Of a DNA stretch of 17,880 nt, positions 16,872 through 17,880 are shown one piece after another; position 1 is the stretch's first letter; each line of letters starts with the position of its first letter. Source of the DNA: Candidatus Eiseniibacteriota bacterium (GTDB taxonomy: Bacteria; Joyebacterota; Joyebacteria; Joyebacterales; Joyebacteraceae); the NCBI GenBank assembly GCA_043819135.1, contig JBDRFG010000160.1, forward strand, positions 1-17,880, written 5' to 3'. The notes below the pieces were generated by a model that was not told the DNA's origin, did not search any database, and saw nothing but the letters and a program-made list of their open reading frames with translations. The translations under genes and the position numbers were made by a program.

Positions 16872-17674
16872 TCCGGGACCCGCTGACCGAAGATGCGATC
16901 CTCCCGCTGGTGCGCGACCTGCGCATACCCTGGCGGGTACACGCCTACGGCTCGATCGTCTCCACGAACGACACGGCGAAGAGACTGGCCGGGAACGGCG
17001 CCCCCGAGGGGACGCTCGTGGTCGCCGAGACGCAGACCGGAGGGTACGGGCGGAGAGGCAACGTCTGGGAGTCGCCGCCCGGCGGGCTCTGGTTCTCGTT
17101 CCTTGTCAGGCCGCACCTTCCGCCGGAACGCGCCAGCGGGCTCTCGGTCGTGACGGCCGTGGCTGTGGCACGGGCCGTGATCGACCTCGGGGGGCCGAGC
17201 GCGCGGATCAAGTGGCCGAACGACGTCTTCATCGGGGGGCGGAAGCTGGCCGGCGCGATGGTTCTGTCGGCCGGGGACGGGGCGCTGGTTGTCGGCGTGG
17301 GTGTCAACGTCAACGTGTCTGAGGCCGACATGCCGGCCCCCGACTGGTACGAGGCGACATCGCTTCTCAAGGAGACCGGCGAAGAGCACGCCCGGCCTCC
17401 GCTGCTCGCGCGTGTCCTGGCGGAGTTCGAGAAGCGCTACTACGCTTATCGCGGCCCGGACCACGTCGAGCTCCTCAGAGAATGGCGGGAGCTATCGCTC
17501 GTCATCGGAGAGTGGGTGACGGCAGCGGTCGGCGATGAGACGGTGCAGGGGACCGTGTTCGATATGGAGGAGGACTGTGGCATCGTCCTTAGACTGCCAA
17601 GCGGCGGGCATCGGAAGTTGCTTCCCACGGGCGATGTCACGCTGTCTGTGGGGGGAATGAGGGATTTGGCTTGA
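16868..17674 (+). CDS. birA: Biotin--[acetyl-CoA-carboxylase] ligase (monofunctional, no N-terminal HTH)
   Basis: GTGA overlap with the nadC stop. STND, VVAETQTGGYGRRGNVWESP, IKWPND, KLAG, VGVGVNV and C-terminal GDV. The upstream part of the 634-aa ORF in the track is a shadow frame over uvrB/nadC. Confidence 0.93.
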   Translation: MIRDPLTEDAILPLVRDLRIPWRVHAYGSIVSTNDTAKRLAGNGAPEGTLVVAETQTGGYGRRGNVWESPPGGLWFSFLVRPHLPPERASGLSVVTAVAVARAVIDLGGPSARIKWPNDVFIGGRKLAGAMVLSAGDGALVVGVGVNVNVSEADMPAPDWYEATSLLKETGEEHARPPLLARVLAEFEKRYYAYRGPDHVELLREWRELSLVIGEWVTAAVGDETVQGTVFDMEEDCGIVLRLPSGGHRKLLPTGDVTLSVGGMRDLA

Positions 17675-17699
17675 CACGGTCTGTCGTTCAACCTATTTT
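17671..17699 (+). promoter_or_regulatory. candidate sigma70-type promoter upstream of the SatD-like gene
   Basis: TTGACA (17671-17676, containing the birA stop codon), 17 bp, TATTTT (17694-17699). A second candidate is TTGAAT (17731-17736), 17 bp, TACGGT (17754-17759). Confidence 0.6.
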
Positions 17700-17763
17700 G
17701 GTTCAGGTCTTGCATATCAACCGATAAGAGTTGAATAGGGCGAATCAACTGAATACGGTTGAA
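17687..17763. repeat. Three tandem imperfect palindromes, wTCAAC-N8-GTTsAr (operator-like)
   Basis: TTCAAC-CTATTTTG-GTTCAG (17687-17706), ATCAAC-CGATAAGA-GTTGAA (17716-17735) and ATCAAC-TGAATACG-GTTGAA (17744-17763). Starts are 29 and 28 bp apart. Confidence 0.85.
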
Positions 17764-17816
17764 TATGCAGTGGACAGTCAACGGTTGCCGCGACCTTCTG
17801 AACGGCGGAGGAGACG

Positions 17817-17880
17817 ATGGAGACGCGAGGCGAGACGAGAGCCGGCGCATATGTCGCCCTCATCGGCGACATCAGAAAGT
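17817..17880 (+). CDS. SatD-family-like protein, N-terminal fragment (runs off the window)
   Basis: Strong SD GGAGGAG before ATG 17817. It translates METRGETRAGAYVALIGDIRK(S); YxALIGDIxxS matches the N-terminal motif I recall for SatD-family proteins. Only 21 codons are visible and the ORF is absent from the supplied track. Confidence 0.6.
   Translation, partial: METRGETRAGAYVALIGDIRK

Noticed and set aside
17687..17763. CRISPR-like mini-array reading of the three repeats
   Set aside because: The period is only 28-29 bp, the variable parts are 8-9 bp, the repeats are not identical and no cas gene is visible. It fits operator sites better.

Overview
GC-rich bacterial chromosomal window, mostly housekeeping and cell-envelope genes; no mobile element, CRISPR array or structural RNA gene was recognised. 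On the + strand at the left are a 5'-truncated recG and an HD-domain gene. On the - strand are mscL (with a C-terminal CxxC/CxxC tail), a DUF3078-like outer-membrane protein and a LysM/M23 peptidase. A long co-directional + strand run follows, starting at a near-consensus sigma70 promoter: PAS histidine kinase, single-domain response regulator, TPR protein, Wzi-like outer-membrane protein, a UbiA prenyltransferase with DGGGP-synthase-type motifs, uppP, DUF4139 protein, RodZ-like protein, uvrB, nadC and birA. At the right edge, an AT-rich island holds three evenly spaced TCAAC-N8-GTTGA-type palindromes over candidate promoters, ahead of a truncated SatD-like gene. The best leads are that operator array with its SatD-like gene, the archaeal-type DGGGP-synthase-like gene in an envelope operon, and the four-Cys PAS sensor. 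Nothing here is demonstrably a new system from sequence alone, and all family calls come from motif recognition, not database searches.
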